Assembly: GCF_006345805.1 (NCBI RefSeq)
Contig: NC_043005.1
Span: forward strand, 102,424,001-102,488,000
DNA length: 64,000 bases
Direction of reading: 5' to 3'
DNA from: Octopus sinensis
Taxonomy: Eukaryota
This document shows positions 39,066 to 52,560 of this stretch, piece after piece. A model generated the notes under the pieces. It saw only the letters and a list, made by a program, of their open reading frames with translations, searched no databases and had not been told where the DNA came from. Numbering within the stretch: position 1 is the stretch's first letter; each line of letters starts with the position of its first letter. The position numbers were made by a program, and so were the translations under genes.

Positions 39066-39383
39066 TGCATATATGTTTCAGGGTTGTTGCCCTTTATCAA
39101 TGTATACACGAACAGAGAAACATACAGACACTGACAAAAGAGCTTTTGTGCGTAAATATGTTTATGGATATATATGTAAATATCGCTGTCTCAGTTTCTC
39201 TCTATCTCTCTCTAATTTAATTGTTTTACATACTTATAGTTGAAAGAGTTTCAATGACAGAAACCGGTACTGAGATGTCTTTTATAGAATTATTTTAGTC
39301 ATTTCGACCTTGACTTTATATATATATACCACACACAACACACACACACACACACACATTTATATATATATATATTATATATA

Positions 39384-39421
<38 letters not shown>

Positions 39422-39757
39422 TCGCGTTTTCCTATGAATGAGCAAAGAAATTAATTTGTTATGCGTAGTTCATCAGTAGGATCGCTAAATCAATGGCATA
39501 GTTTGTGCATATATATATATATATATATAATGGACGCAGTTTTGTGTGTCATATAGCTAGCTAGAGGCGATGGCCTCTTGGAGCTAATCAGCGACAGCTT
39601 TAGTCTTATATTTATAGACTACCATATTAGTATGGCTATAACTACTAATATATATATATACACAAACTATGCCATTGTTTTAGCGATCCTACTGATGAAC
39701 TACGGATGACAAATTAAATTTTTTGCTCATTCATAGGAAAACGCGAGAATATATAAT

Positions 39758-39824
<67 letters not shown>

Positions 39825-40069
39825 AAGGTAGAAATTACTAAAATAATTTTATAAAAAACATCTCAGTACCGGTTTCTGTCATTGAAACTCTTTCAACTAT
39901 AAGTATGGAAAAAATTAAATTAGAGAGAGATAGAAAGAAACTGAGACAGCGATGTTTACATATATATCCATGAACATATTTACACACAAAAGCTCATTTG
40001 TCCGTGTCTATATGTTTCTCTGTTCGTGTATACATTGATAAAGGGCAACAACCCTGAAACATGTCTGCA
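39066..40069. repeat. ~1-kb imperfect palindrome
   Basis: Arm 39066-~39510 is the reverse complement of ~39660-40069, including an internal microsatellite in each arm. The spacer is ~39530-39650. Confidence 0.9.
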
Positions 40070-40370
40070 GATGTCTGACTAGCAAGGTGAAGCGGCTGAC
40101 CTCCCCTGTTCGAAGGTTGTAATGGACGCAGGTTCGTGTGTCATATAGCTAGCTAGAGGCAATGGCCTCTTGGAGCTAATCAGCGATAGCTTTAGTCTTA
40201 TATTTATAGACGACCATATTAGTATGGCGATAGCTATTAATATATATATATATGTACTAATGAGAATTCCCCTAGCAAATACCAGAGATAGAGTAATATT
40301 ATCTATTTTACGGGAACGTAAAACTCTGAGTAACAATTTTGTTATATTTCTGCTGTTTTTAAATAAAGTA

Positions 40371-40444
<74 letters not shown>

Positions 40445-41195
40445 TGTTGTATTTCGGAAACTGGAATGGAACACTAGCATACACCACAACATATGACGGT
40501 AGATGATCCCCCATAAACTGGTTACCACATAAGCAAAACTGAAAACATAATAAATAAAATACACAGATAAATAAACAAATAGAAATAAATAACTATATGA
40601 GTTTTTTTATTTAATTTAAAAGATTTTTTAAATTTATTATTATTATTATTGTTATTATTATTAGTATTATTATTACTAGTATTGTTGTTATACATACATA
40701 CATACAAGCATACGTAATGATAATAATAATAAGTGGATGTAAACACGTGAACAAAATAAGAATAAACAAAAACAACAACAAAAACAAATAACATGAACGT
40801 ATATAAACAGAAGATACAAATATTACAGGCATCCCCCCCCCCACACACACTAAATAAACATAGACGCACATAGAGATATAAGCATGCGCAAATGAAGACA
40901 TACAATAGAAATACAAAATGGCTGACGGTTAGTAAGGAAAGACACAAATAAGAAAGAAGAAAACAAAGGACCACTGATGCGGCAACAGGAGTGTGACGAA
41001 AGAACTCGGGCCGAAATAAGATTAAGATTAATATAAAAAATAAATAACAATGAAGCAAAATAACACCAAATATATAGTGGGTGTGTGTTTTTTTGGCTAA
41101 ACTGGCAAAATGACAATTCTGAAATATAACAGTATCTGTTTCAACACACGACTTCACATAAAAATATCTTGCACAACAAATATATAAACGTATAT

Positions 41196-41260
<65 letters not shown>

Positions 41261-41261
41261 G

Positions 41262-41465
41262 TCAATCCAAACATGAACAAGAAAGAAAAATCAACAACGA
41301 GAGGACGTGGACTAAGTACACTGTTTTTGGACGCTCAGGAGTAGAAAGAAAAGAAAGCGGATTTCCCGTTTCGAGCGGAGTTCTTCATCAGAGATATAGA
41401 AAATGTCTTAAGAACGGAAGACGGAGAAGAAATCGCCAATGATACACACGTGGTCACATATTGAA
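41262..41465 (-). mobile_element. Short PLE-tail-like repeat with hammerhead relic
   Basis: Minus strand CTGATGA-A-GAAC-TCC-GCTC-GAAA-CGGG then ctcctgagcgtccaaaaac; homologous to 3540-3745. Confidence 0.6.
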
Positions 41466-41474
41466 ATATATATC

Positions 41475-41541
<67 letters not shown>

Positions 41542-41607
41542 TGTGCGTGTGTGTGTGATGCATTTATTTGTAAAGTTATTAAAAATTGAAACTGAGACAC
41601 CCTCTAT

Positions 41608-41639
<32 letters not shown>

Positions 41640-41646
41640 TATATAT

Positions 41647-41696
<50 letters not shown>

Positions 41697-42659
41697 CACA
41701 TACATACTTATCCATCAATTGATGGCTGATACAGAAGCAGTAGTACGCAATTACTTCTATTCGTTTACAGCTGTTTCACGTATATGAACAAACTACATAT
41801 ATGAACCAAAGCTGGACATCTTCCTGTCGAGAGTCCCAGTTGAAACTACCTCAAGAGCTGCAAATGAGGGCAGCTATATCGAACTCATTTCTTCACCAAG
41901 TGCCACATATTTGAGGAGGTTCTTAGCAATAACAGTGTAGCAACACGGTGGTGCATCTCCATGGCCGCAGCTCTGAGCTGAAACTAGAGGAAAAAATTCC
42001 TGACTCAGCCTTCAGTACAGATATCTTATACCACAAGTTTTCAGCTCATAAAACGGAGTCGTTCTACATCACATATACACTCATATATTCATACTAGTAC
42101 ATATATGTGTTTGTGCGCGTCAATGCATGTATATGTGTGAGTAGGTATGCGTGTCACTGTGCGTGGGTATGTGTGTTTGTGTGTGTATGTATATGTTTTT
42201 GTGTGTTTGTTTGTGTGTGTGCACGCGATGTTACTCATGATTTCCAATGCAGTGAAAACTGCCTTCTCTCTTATTAAACAAGATTAGAAAAAAACTGGTG
42301 AGCTTTCTTTATAAGATTACTTTAAACTATAAGCGAATTATTTCTTCATAACATTTTAACGATAGGTTAACATTAAACCCATGATTAGGAACTGTTTTGT
42401 CTTCACTTCGCAAAAGCAATTTCTCATCATGGCGATACTTTTGTGCACAAAATTATCATCCGAGTAAATCTTGCTAGAGGTGCTTCTCTTATTGCAGTTT
42501 CTGTGTATATATGTGTGGATATATACATGTTGCTGTGCGTGTAGCCGCACATATTTAAATCACATAACAATGAGGAAAAACAGACACACTCGTATACATG
42601 CATATGTACATACACACACATGCACACACACACATATATATATACATATATATATATAT

Positions 42660-42720
<61 letters not shown>

Positions 42721-43364
42721 CATACATACATATACAAGCACAAGCACCATGTCACACATGGAGACACATACATTTATACACATATATGTACCTTTACACA
42801 CATATACAATGTTCGAATGGGAATTATAAAATTATGTGTCAGAACCCAACTATTCAACAGATGTTTTGCCAAATCATGTCTTCTTAGCTACACAGAATAA
42901 GTAAAAATTACCGAACTTTATTCTATAACCTGTAAATTTACACGTTTAAAATATATAGTAAGCAATGTCAAATTAACTTATGTCTTGCTACATACATCCT
43001 TTAGCAAATGTTTTAAATTAATTAATGTTCACAACAGCAACATATTCTGTTGTACACACTTTGTTCAGCATTCGTTTAAAAATTGTAAAATAAATTATTT
43101 TTGTATGAAGAATTGAATAATGCTTTCTGAATTGTCTTGGAGATTTACGTTCGAAATATATATTGACATTCTGTACTTCGTTACGTTGGTGACGCTTAAT
43201 AATTTTTGCTAAATTGATGACTATCCGACGCTGGAATACTTCTTTTGGAAACTTTCCCTAGCAAAAATTTTTTATAGCATACCTATGCTAGAGAAAGTAT
43301 GTTTTGTACCTTTATTGACTTCATTTCGTTTCGCTTGAACTTCGTGTGTGTACGATTTTCTCTT

Positions 43365-44185
43365 TCACAATATTTTTTTCTACTCTAGTACTTAATTTAT
43401 CGACCCTGAATGGCAAAGTCAACCTCGGCGGAATTTGACCTTAGAACTTAAAGACAGACAAAATAACGCTAATCATTTCGCACAGAATGCTAACGTTTCT
43501 GCCAGATAGCCGCCTTGCTGTTTCTCAATATTCTTTTCTACTCTAGGCACAAGGCCCAAAATTTTTGGGGAGGGGAACAGTCTATTAGACATCGGCGGAA
43601 CTTGAACTCACAACATAAAGACAGACGAAATAACGCTAAGTACTTCGCTCGGCGTGCTAACGTTTCTGCCAGCTCGCCGCCTTTCTATTTCTCAATATTC
43701 TTTTCTTCTCAAGGCAAAAGGTCCGGAATTTTGGGGGAGGGGCTAGTCGATTAGACCTCAGGACGTAAAGACAGATGAAAGACAAGGGGCTAAACATAGA
43801 GGGGACAAACAAGGACAGACAAACGGATTAAGTCGATTACATCGACCGCTGTGCGTAAATGGTACTCAATTTATCGACCCCGAAAGGATGAAAGGCAAAG
43901 TCGACCTCGGCGGAATTTGAACACAGAACGTAAACACAGACGAAATACCTATTTTTTACTACCCACAAGGGGCTAAACACAGAGAGGACAAACAAGGACA
44001 GACAAATGGATTAAGTCGATTATATCGACCACAGTGCGTAACTGGTACATATTTTATCGACCCCGAAAGGATGAAAGGCAAAGTCAACCTCGGCGGAATT
44101 TGAACACAGAACATAGCGGCAGACGAAATACCGCTAAGCATTTCTCCCGGCGCGCTAACGTCTCTGCCAGCTTGCCGCCCTGCTG
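43365..44185 (-). mobile_element. Cluster of about four or five same-orientation tRNA-SINE units
   Basis: Repeated atcgaccccgaaaggatgaaaggcaaagtcgacctcggcggaatttgaac and ctaacgtttctgccagctcgccgcc blocks. Confidence 0.85.
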
Positions 44186-44214
44186 TTTCGCAATCTTATT
44201 AATTCTATGAAAGC

Positions 44215-45690
44215 GTGTGTGATTTCGCGTGCGTTATATCAAGAGTAAACGTTAGTAAAGGACATTTTACTCCGTTTTACCGAGTCCACATCTAATAAAG
44301 TCGCCATCCTTATAGTAGGCGATCCCCATGAATATTGTGACATTGTCATTCGTGCTCGAGATAACAAACTTAAACGTTTTTCAGAAACTCATCGCTCTTA
44401 GGATACTCCTAAGGATCCTCTTAGTTTGTGGAATGGACAAGATGGGTTTCATTTCAATATTCCCCAGATTGAACCTGCAATAGGAGCACCAATTACAAAC
44501 AAATAGGTGTCGTCAAATGACTTCTATTCTTAGTAACTAAAGTGAATACTAGAACAATCAAATTCGTTACACATATATCGTGATCGTGATCTATTTCAGC
44601 AGTGTCTCCTCTACATTCGTGCCATCCAAAACATGCTGAGGACTAAAAAGTATGCTGATTTCAAAGATGCTCTGAAAGACAGATGGTGATATTCAAAACA
44701 TGGGGCAACTTATAATCCTTGCATCATCATTCACAGGTGGTCCTCGATATATGCTCGAATGGACACAAGATGCTATGACATATGTCAGGACATATGGAAA
44801 ACCAAATAATTTTGTCATTTGCACCTGCAACCTAAATGGGAGGAAATAAAAATCTAATCTTCTTCCAGTGCTGCATCTTCTGGTATCGCAGATGCCTTCC
44901 TCAGTGGGTGAAGAACTGTTCATTCCATATTCAAGCTCCCTCCACACATCGCAATGAAAGAATGTCAAATGTGCAACTTTTTCAAAAACACAGCAGTGGC
45001 AACAATTCTCCAACAAACTCACTTCATTGTTTTGTATGAGTGCACTGTCGCATCACGGGACTCCAGATGTACTTAACCGTACCCTCAAAGACATAAAAAA
45101 ACAATAGCTCGCTCATGGGAGGAGTTGCAGTAATTCTTGCTGGAGATTTTCGTCAGACCGTGCTAGCTATCCCCAAAGGATCAAAAGCTGATGAGGTCAA
45201 AGCATACTTCAAAATTTCGTACCTTAGGAGACATGTGAAAAAACTTCATCTTATAAGCAACATCAGAGTACTTCTACAAGGTGATGATGCGAATTTCTTA
45301 AGACTTCAGCTACATGAATTTACATGCGATCAAATGATACTTTCTCTTAGGGATCTTATGAATAAAATATTTCCTAAATAATCTGTTAATTACACTGATG
45401 TAAATTGGCTGTGCAAAAGAGCTATACTGGCTCCAACTAATGAAATGTTAGATAAACTTCATCATGAATTTCTTCAAAAGTTAACAGATACATCAGAAAA
45501 GATTTTTCGATCAAGAGTCAAGAGTCAATCAAGATCTGGTGGTTGAATACCCTTTTGAATACCTGAACACATTAAACCAACTGGGATACCATCGCATAAC
45601 TTGACACTAAAACTTGGTACAACCATTATGTTGCTTATGAATCTTGATCCATCGCATTTGTGTAATGGAACTAGCTTAATTGTTCCATGA
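44215..45690 (+). mobile_element. Decayed autonomous Helitron (Rep plus PIF1 helicase fragments)
   Basis: NKVAILIVGD...DIVIRARDNKLKRFSETHRS; SSFTGGPRYMLEWTQDAMTYVRTYGKP (Rep); LMGGVAVILAGDFRQTV; WLCKRAILAPTNE; LKLGTTIMLLMNLDPSHLCNGT (helicase). Large internal deletions. Confidence 0.9.
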
Positions 45691-46299
45691 ATATTAGTTA
45701 TCCTTGTAACATATCCCTTACATCTTTTACTTACTCTCTGCTATACACTTTTAATTAGAACCTTGTTTTCAGATTTGCATATACAAATTGGTTTTAAATT
45801 TTGGCACAAGGCCAGCATTTTCCAGGGAGGGAGTAAGTCGATTACATCAGCCACGATATTCAACTGGCAATCATTCTATTGACCTCGAAAGCATGAAAGG
45901 CATGCACACACACACACACACACATAAACCCATAAGTATATTAAATTTTTCATCTCATAAGTTCTATCAAAACTGTTTAAACATTTTTGTATATTCCTAT
46001 AATTTCATAGAACATGTTCAATCACGTATACTCCTTAATAAAAGTTGATAATATCAGCTACTCGTTTCTGTGGCTGCCTTTTTAGCTTTACCAACATATT
46101 TTGCTGCAGCATAACTTCTCTGTCTTTCCCTTTACTTGAATTTGCTTTTTGTTCATCGTTAATGTCCAAACCTAAGTACTGCACCTAGGCCGCTTTTAAC
46201 TAATTCTACATAATTCTAATTTATTTTAGCAGTAGACCCTAATTTAGGTAGCTATCTCCGCGCCAGTATTTCATCTTACATCATTTCATTATTTTATTC

Positions 46300-49200
46300 A
46301 TTTCAGCTATGCGGATGCGGTCTCATGCATATATTTATGTTCATAGTTGATCACATATATCCTTCGCACATGCAAATATTTTCAATACACAACACAGAAA
46401 ATTTAGAATTTCAGAGCTATGAATCGGTGGAGTTGTTAGCGCACCAAATCTTGAGCCTTGTAAAATCTGCTCCAATTTATTGCATTCTGACTGCAATAAT
46501 TGTGATAAAACTGGTTCCGAGACGCATCAGTTTATACCGTTTCCTCAGACATCATCTGTAGCATCGGGAGAAAGGATTCTTACTTGCATAGGGCATGGTT
46601 AATCTCACACACAAAGAAACATTGCATATTTAGCTTATGTACAATATGTGTCGAGACTTATATATTGCTTTCTCATCTTATGTAGCTGACATATACATGC
46701 CTACGTACTACTGTGGAGATCTACTAAGACAATATGTTCAGATTATTTAATTTGTCATCAAAAAACCAGACTCTGGCATCATTCTCCTTATATATTTTAA
46801 GTTTTAAATGTATTTGATGCAGCACACCAGTTGCAAATATATTTTTTAGTTCGATTCTAATGTATTTCCTATTATCTTTGATTACATCAAAGGTAATGGA
46901 CAGAAGCTGCTCTAAGTCTTTCTTCATCGGAATTCATTTTGTTGCAAACTTTTCAGGCAGTTCTTTGATCGGAAGATAACGTTTTCCTTTCCTACCATCA
47001 GTATCAGTGGCACCACAAACAATCGATGCTTTCGATATTCTACCATCATCAAAACCACATTATTTAATTATTCAATGCATCTCCTTCCAATGAAGATTAG
47101 ATGATCCCCCTCATAATACCTCTTTATAGTTACTCGGCCCTAATGTTTGATTATTAAGTACTTAATCGACTACGGATTGTATGGCTGCCTGCTTATTTAT
47201 CATCGAAATTATTCTATTATCTGTAACGCGCTAATTCCAGTAAATTCAAAGGAATATAAATAAATACTTTTCGTCTAATGAAGGGGCAATGGAAAACATA
47301 AAATAATCCCTCAGTATCAATGCTGGAATCTCTGCTTAAAATATGAGAAAATATTTTAACTGGATGAAAAATAAGTTGGTTGTTAAGAAAAGCACTGGAG
47401 GATGGATTATGTGTTAAAACTTTTAATCTACATCTGATTAGTGTGTATTGGATGATATATCGCTATTTCATCTGTGATTCATAATACATGTGTACAGCAG
47501 AAAACATCCATCTTGCACTGTTCTCCCATTCAATTAAAGGGAGATTTCTTTTATATGATATTATTGATTACACTTAGCTTATTTCCTTGATGCAGTTTAA
47601 TTTGACATTCATCATGAAATGGACGGATTTTGTCAATACACAGTTCCATATTGAGTTACGCTAACGACTCAAGATTTAGGTTTTCGTTATAGTGGTTCGT
47701 TTAAAACTTACACTCTTAATTCATTTCTTGTAAACTTCAATTGGTAATAAACGAGACGTGGGTACAGTATGCCAATATAACTTGTAGGAGATTTCTTATA
47801 AATAACGCGGTATCGTTATATTACGGCCCCTATTTCCTGTTCTCTTTGAAATACAAAGAACATACGAAATGGGATTAGAATACTGATGATGAAACAGCAT
47901 ATATTCTGCGTCTATCCTGATGCACAGGCAAGAGACATTTCTGGAGGATAGATTATGGATTAATATTATATTATATTATAGAGTTAATCTCTAACAGAAC
48001 CAACTCTCGTCTCTCATCAAAAGAAGTCCTCTAAATCGCCACGAAATATTCTTTTCGTTTTCATTTAACCCTAAATATATTTTGAACTGTATTTTACTTG
48101 AAGATGAGATTGTAGTGTCCACCATTTGTGTGTGTTTCCTTATATAAAATTACATACTTTGAAATTGTTTATTAACCATCTGTGTTAATAGTAATTTCAA
48201 CTCAATTTACTACGTACATATTATTTACTAACGGATATTTGTTTTCAAGTCAAATCTCAACGGCATTAGATACTTGATACATGAAAGAGAAAATGTAGCT
48301 TCTCTGGCGATCTGCCTTCTGGTATCGAATCAAGTCTTTTAGCTAATATCTAAAATTAATTTTACAGAAAATTACTCGTCCAGGACAATACAGAATTAAT
48401 TACTTCATTAACGTTCTTTAGAAATGGACAAAGACCCAATCTTTCCACCTTTTAAGCCTTCTATAAATTTGAAGTTTTTAAGCTATAGTTCCTGAATTGT
48501 TAGCTTCATCAGATGAAAAGTGTTTGGCAGCAAAATATCAGCACACGACCAAGATTTTTCTCTTTTCCTCAACTTTATTCATATCATCTCGTCTTTCATC
48601 AAAAGTAGCCCTCAAAATCACTCGAAATATATTTTTGTTTTCATTTCACCCTAATTAAATCTGCCCATTATATTAGTCATCGATTGCCTCTTTATTTATT
48701 TTGCACAAACTAAAAGGAAAAAAGAGCAAAGCATTCCTGAATATCTTTTCCTGTTTATAACTCAATGGCTATACAGCTTGTGTGAGTATAGTATACTTCG
48801 GTTAGCAAATCATACCAAAATGACTGGCCCGCATAGTCACCTGTTCGTATCATATCAAAGTGCTTATTTCAGATGTGACTCAGGACTCAGTGCATGTTAG
48901 TATAAACAGAGTTGAAAACAGTAAACAGGGATAATTAGAATCTCATACAAAACTCCTTGAAATGTTACAATCTCGCAGCACACAGCTAAAGATCGCCGCC
49001 CGCAGATAGCAACTGATTTACCTGACGACTTTATTTTATAAATGCTTGCGTCATATAGAGAACATCATGGCGCCCAAGTTTCTCGTCTAAAGAACAGAAG
49101 TATTGGAAGGCTGTTCGCTGACTTTATGTGTGCTCCAACTTTAAGAAGAATTGCTACTATTTTCAATATAGAATATGCATGTTCACTCGCATAATAATAT

Positions 49201-49300
49201 TGTCGTATGTGGTACCGAGTCCAATGCATATGCGATTAGTGTTGCATATATCAATATAAACATTGTGCTGATCTAAAGTTATGTCAGAAGTAAAAATTAA
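46300..49300 (-). pseudogene. Long decayed coding-like region of unknown family
   Basis: Microsatellite-free stretch with long minus-strand frames broken by sparse stops (e.g. ELCIDKIRPFHDECQIKLHQGNK; LIFHPVKIFSHILSRDSSIDTEGLFYVFHCPFIRRKVFIYIPLNLLELARY; DGRKGKRYLPIKELPEKF), plus an internal duplicated segment. Confidence 0.4.
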
Positions 49301-49959
49301 ACTAGCATTTTAAGATCTCTCTGTAGTGTGAATAGCCCACAGATGGATCTATCAGATTAAAGTATTCGACACAGTTGATTTCTAGCTACACTTTCAGAAG
49401 ATACAATAAAGAGATTACTGAATGGATTAACGAATGGTTGGGTGGATGGATTGATTGATGGAAATAGCAAAGTTACTTTTCTTTATGGTCTTGGAACAAT
49501 GCCATAAACGTCTTGGATTGCGTGATAATATTTCTAGTGCCAGGATAAAATTATGCGTTCGTAAACCAGTTGAATGATTATGGGGAAACTCTAGTCGAAA
49601 GTTATAAAATTATGCAGCTTTATTTCAATGCAAATGCCCAACAGATGCTTACTAGAAGGAAGAAAAGAAAATTGTAGTGTAACATTGCATTAAGAATTAC
49701 CATACGCAACATATTCTATCGAGAGACATTAATGTTAAGCTTAGAAGTGCTTAGAAACTGAATTTATTTTATCCATACTATTAAAGTCTTTCTCGTAATA
49801 TGCTAAGTCACCTTAGCGACAATGCTAAATTTATTCAAATTTAACGTAACTCATATTATTTTGATCTATAGTCCCGTGTACTCGTCTTAGAACACTTGCT
49901 TTTTATTGAATTATTGTCAATATTATGGTATTAATATGTGTGCATGCATACATACAATC

Positions 49960-50014
<55 letters not shown>

Positions 50015-50096
50015 CATATATACATAGATATATATATACACAACACACACGCTCACATGCATTGTGTGTAAGTACATTATTTATACATACATACAG

Positions 50097-50161
<65 letters not shown>

Positions 50162-50659
50162 AAGAGACACTCTGTATGTGTACGAATATATGTGTATATG
50201 CAGGGAATAGGTTTTCTTTCAAACTCATTATGTGTTATTTGTATATAAAGTTGAATTCACTTTGTGTCTTGTTCGACTGATGGCTTGGTTATGTGTTTTG
50301 AATATATCATGCAAATTAGATTATATGCAAATGTGTGCAGCCATAACCCCGGATCGTATACAATTTATTGAAAACAGAGTTTATGGCGTCGATCGTTTTG
50401 CATATAAACATAACGTGGAAAGTATCCATTCAAAAGTGAGTATTTTCATAAAGCAGCTTTGTCTCGGTGTGGCTACATTCAGTCACAGAAACATATTTCT
50501 GCACATGCATAAATGTAAAAGCATGCATAATACATATACACGCTGTCACAAACAGACCCATGCACACACGTCACTCGTTTACGTTTCCACGCACACACAT
50601 ACACACACACACACACACATATATATACAAATGCACATACTTATATACATATATATATA

Positions 50660-50701
<42 letters not shown>

Positions 50702-50720
50702 TATATATATATATATATAT

Positions 50721-50764
<44 letters not shown>

Positions 50765-50814
50765 TATATTTGTATGTATGTATGTATATACACACACACA
50801 AAAATCTCTTAGAG

Positions 50815-51090
50815 GAAACGGAATCCTGGAGATACTGCGCACAGGCAACGGGAGATGGCCGGGAAATGGACGCAATATACGGGTGGGCTGCAACAGCCTG
50901 CAATCTAATGCTGGCTAAGACCTTTGCTACCAGCACATGAAGTTGAATGAAATGCAGACAAGGCACACTGGCACAGGAGGGATAGCAACCCCTAAATCAA
51001 AATTAGTTCGTGATCTGGGCATTAATATGAGTCCTAATATGCATCTTTCCAGTTATATCATACCGAGGCTGCAATAAAATGCAGACTGCT
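50815..51090 (+). mobile_element. CR1/L2-like reverse transcriptase fragment
   Basis: [14 protein letters not shown] and [22 protein letters not shown] (post-RT VRDLG motif). Confidence 0.6.
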
Positions 51091-51294
51091 ACCCAGATAT
51101 TTTTTTAAAGTGAGGAAAGGCTGTGCACTGAGTCAATCCCACTCACTAAGCAACAGCAGCCATAATCCGAAAAGAAGAACAAGTCAACATCATCGGTAAC
51201 CACTGAGCCGCAGGTTTTATGTAGGAATTATCCCAGTTACCTGAATTACCTTCTCCTAGAAAGATGCCCTAACAAAGGCTAAGAGTCCTTCACT

Positions 51295-51585
51295 CCCAAT
51301 GGTTTAACCGCGCGATCGGGTATTCAGTCCGATTATTTCTATGTGCCCGCGCATGATAGAGCCTTAAGCCTAAAAAAAAAATACACATTTATTGGATGGC
51401 CGTTGACTCTCAAGAATTCCTCCGCCCTTTGAGGGGTTTTGTTTTTCATCCCGCAGGGGGTCCAATAAACATCCTCCTCACCAAGCAAGCTTGGTGGGGT
51501 TGCCGGTTTAGTCGCCAACAGCCGGACCATGCAACAGGTTGTACTGGGTTACATGTTACCAGTAGTACTCGAAAGTGACTTGACT
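51295..51585 (-). mobile_element. GC-richer structured repeat, possibly a non-LTR retrotransposon 5' UTR
   Basis: Minus strand ggcgactaaaccggcaaccccacc...gagagtcaacggccatcc with several hairpins; the family assignment is from memory only. Confidence 0.3.
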
Positions 51586-51720
51586 TACATACATACATAC
51601 ATATTTACATACATACATAAAGCAGTTGGCCGTTTAGAATTTATTCTAAATTATAAGGGTAAGAGCCTACATAGATGTGTCTATGTTACAGAGATTGTGA
51701 ATATTTCTATATATCTATAC

Positions 51721-51764
51721 ATCTCTCTCTCTCTCTCTCTTCTTTCTCTCTCTCTCTCTCTCTC

Positions 51765-51854
<90 letters not shown>

Positions 51855-52131
51855 GTGTGTGTGTGTGTTGTCTGTGTGTTGTGCATGTATATATCTATGT
51901 ATACACATACACGAACACGTACGCAACAGACAAACACACTGCCGTATATAAATGTAATGTATGAATACCTGAAAAAAAAGTGCAGTGATAAATGTTTTCC
52001 CGTTTATCTAATAACAAAAGGAGATTCTGATTCTGTGATTGAGTTTACCACATTTCCCATTTCTTATTCGCTGACGGCGACAACTAAACATACACATACA
52101 CACACACACATGCGCAAATCCCCCCTCCCCC

Positions 52132-52209
<78 letters not shown>

Positions 52210-52213
52210 TATA

Positions 52214-52256
<43 letters not shown>

Positions 52257-52560
52257 TATATATATGTGTGTGTGTGTGTGTCTGTGTGTTGTGCATGTAT
52301 ATATCTATGTATACACATACACGAACACGTACGCAACAGACAAACACACTGCCGTATATAAATGTAATGTAATGAATACCTGAAAAAAAAAGTGCAGTGA
52401 TAAATGTTTTCCCGTTTATCTAATAACAAAAGGAGATTCTGATTCTGTGATTGAGTTTACCACATTTCCCATTTCTTATTCGCTGACGGCGACAAACTAA
52501 ACATACACATACACACACACACATGCGCAAATTCCCCCCTCTCTCTCTCTCTTTCTCTCT
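51721..52560. repeat. Near-identical tandem duplication, ~410-bp period
   Basis: gcatgtatatatctatg...atgcgcaaat occurs at 51883 and 52293, with (TC)n(TA)n(TG)n at each junction. Confidence 0.92.

Noticed and set aside
47877-47907. GAAUA-CUGAUGA-U-GAAA-CAGCAUA-UAUUC hammerhead-like string
   Set aside because: It has no stem II, helix III mispairs, and it lies inside the opposite-strand decayed ORF; probably chance.
48615-48640. Minus-strand ISSDFEGY resembling ISSNFEGY in the 23384 exon
   Set aside because: That frame has TGA TGA in both duplicated copies; the conserved frame is a different one, so the match is coincidental.
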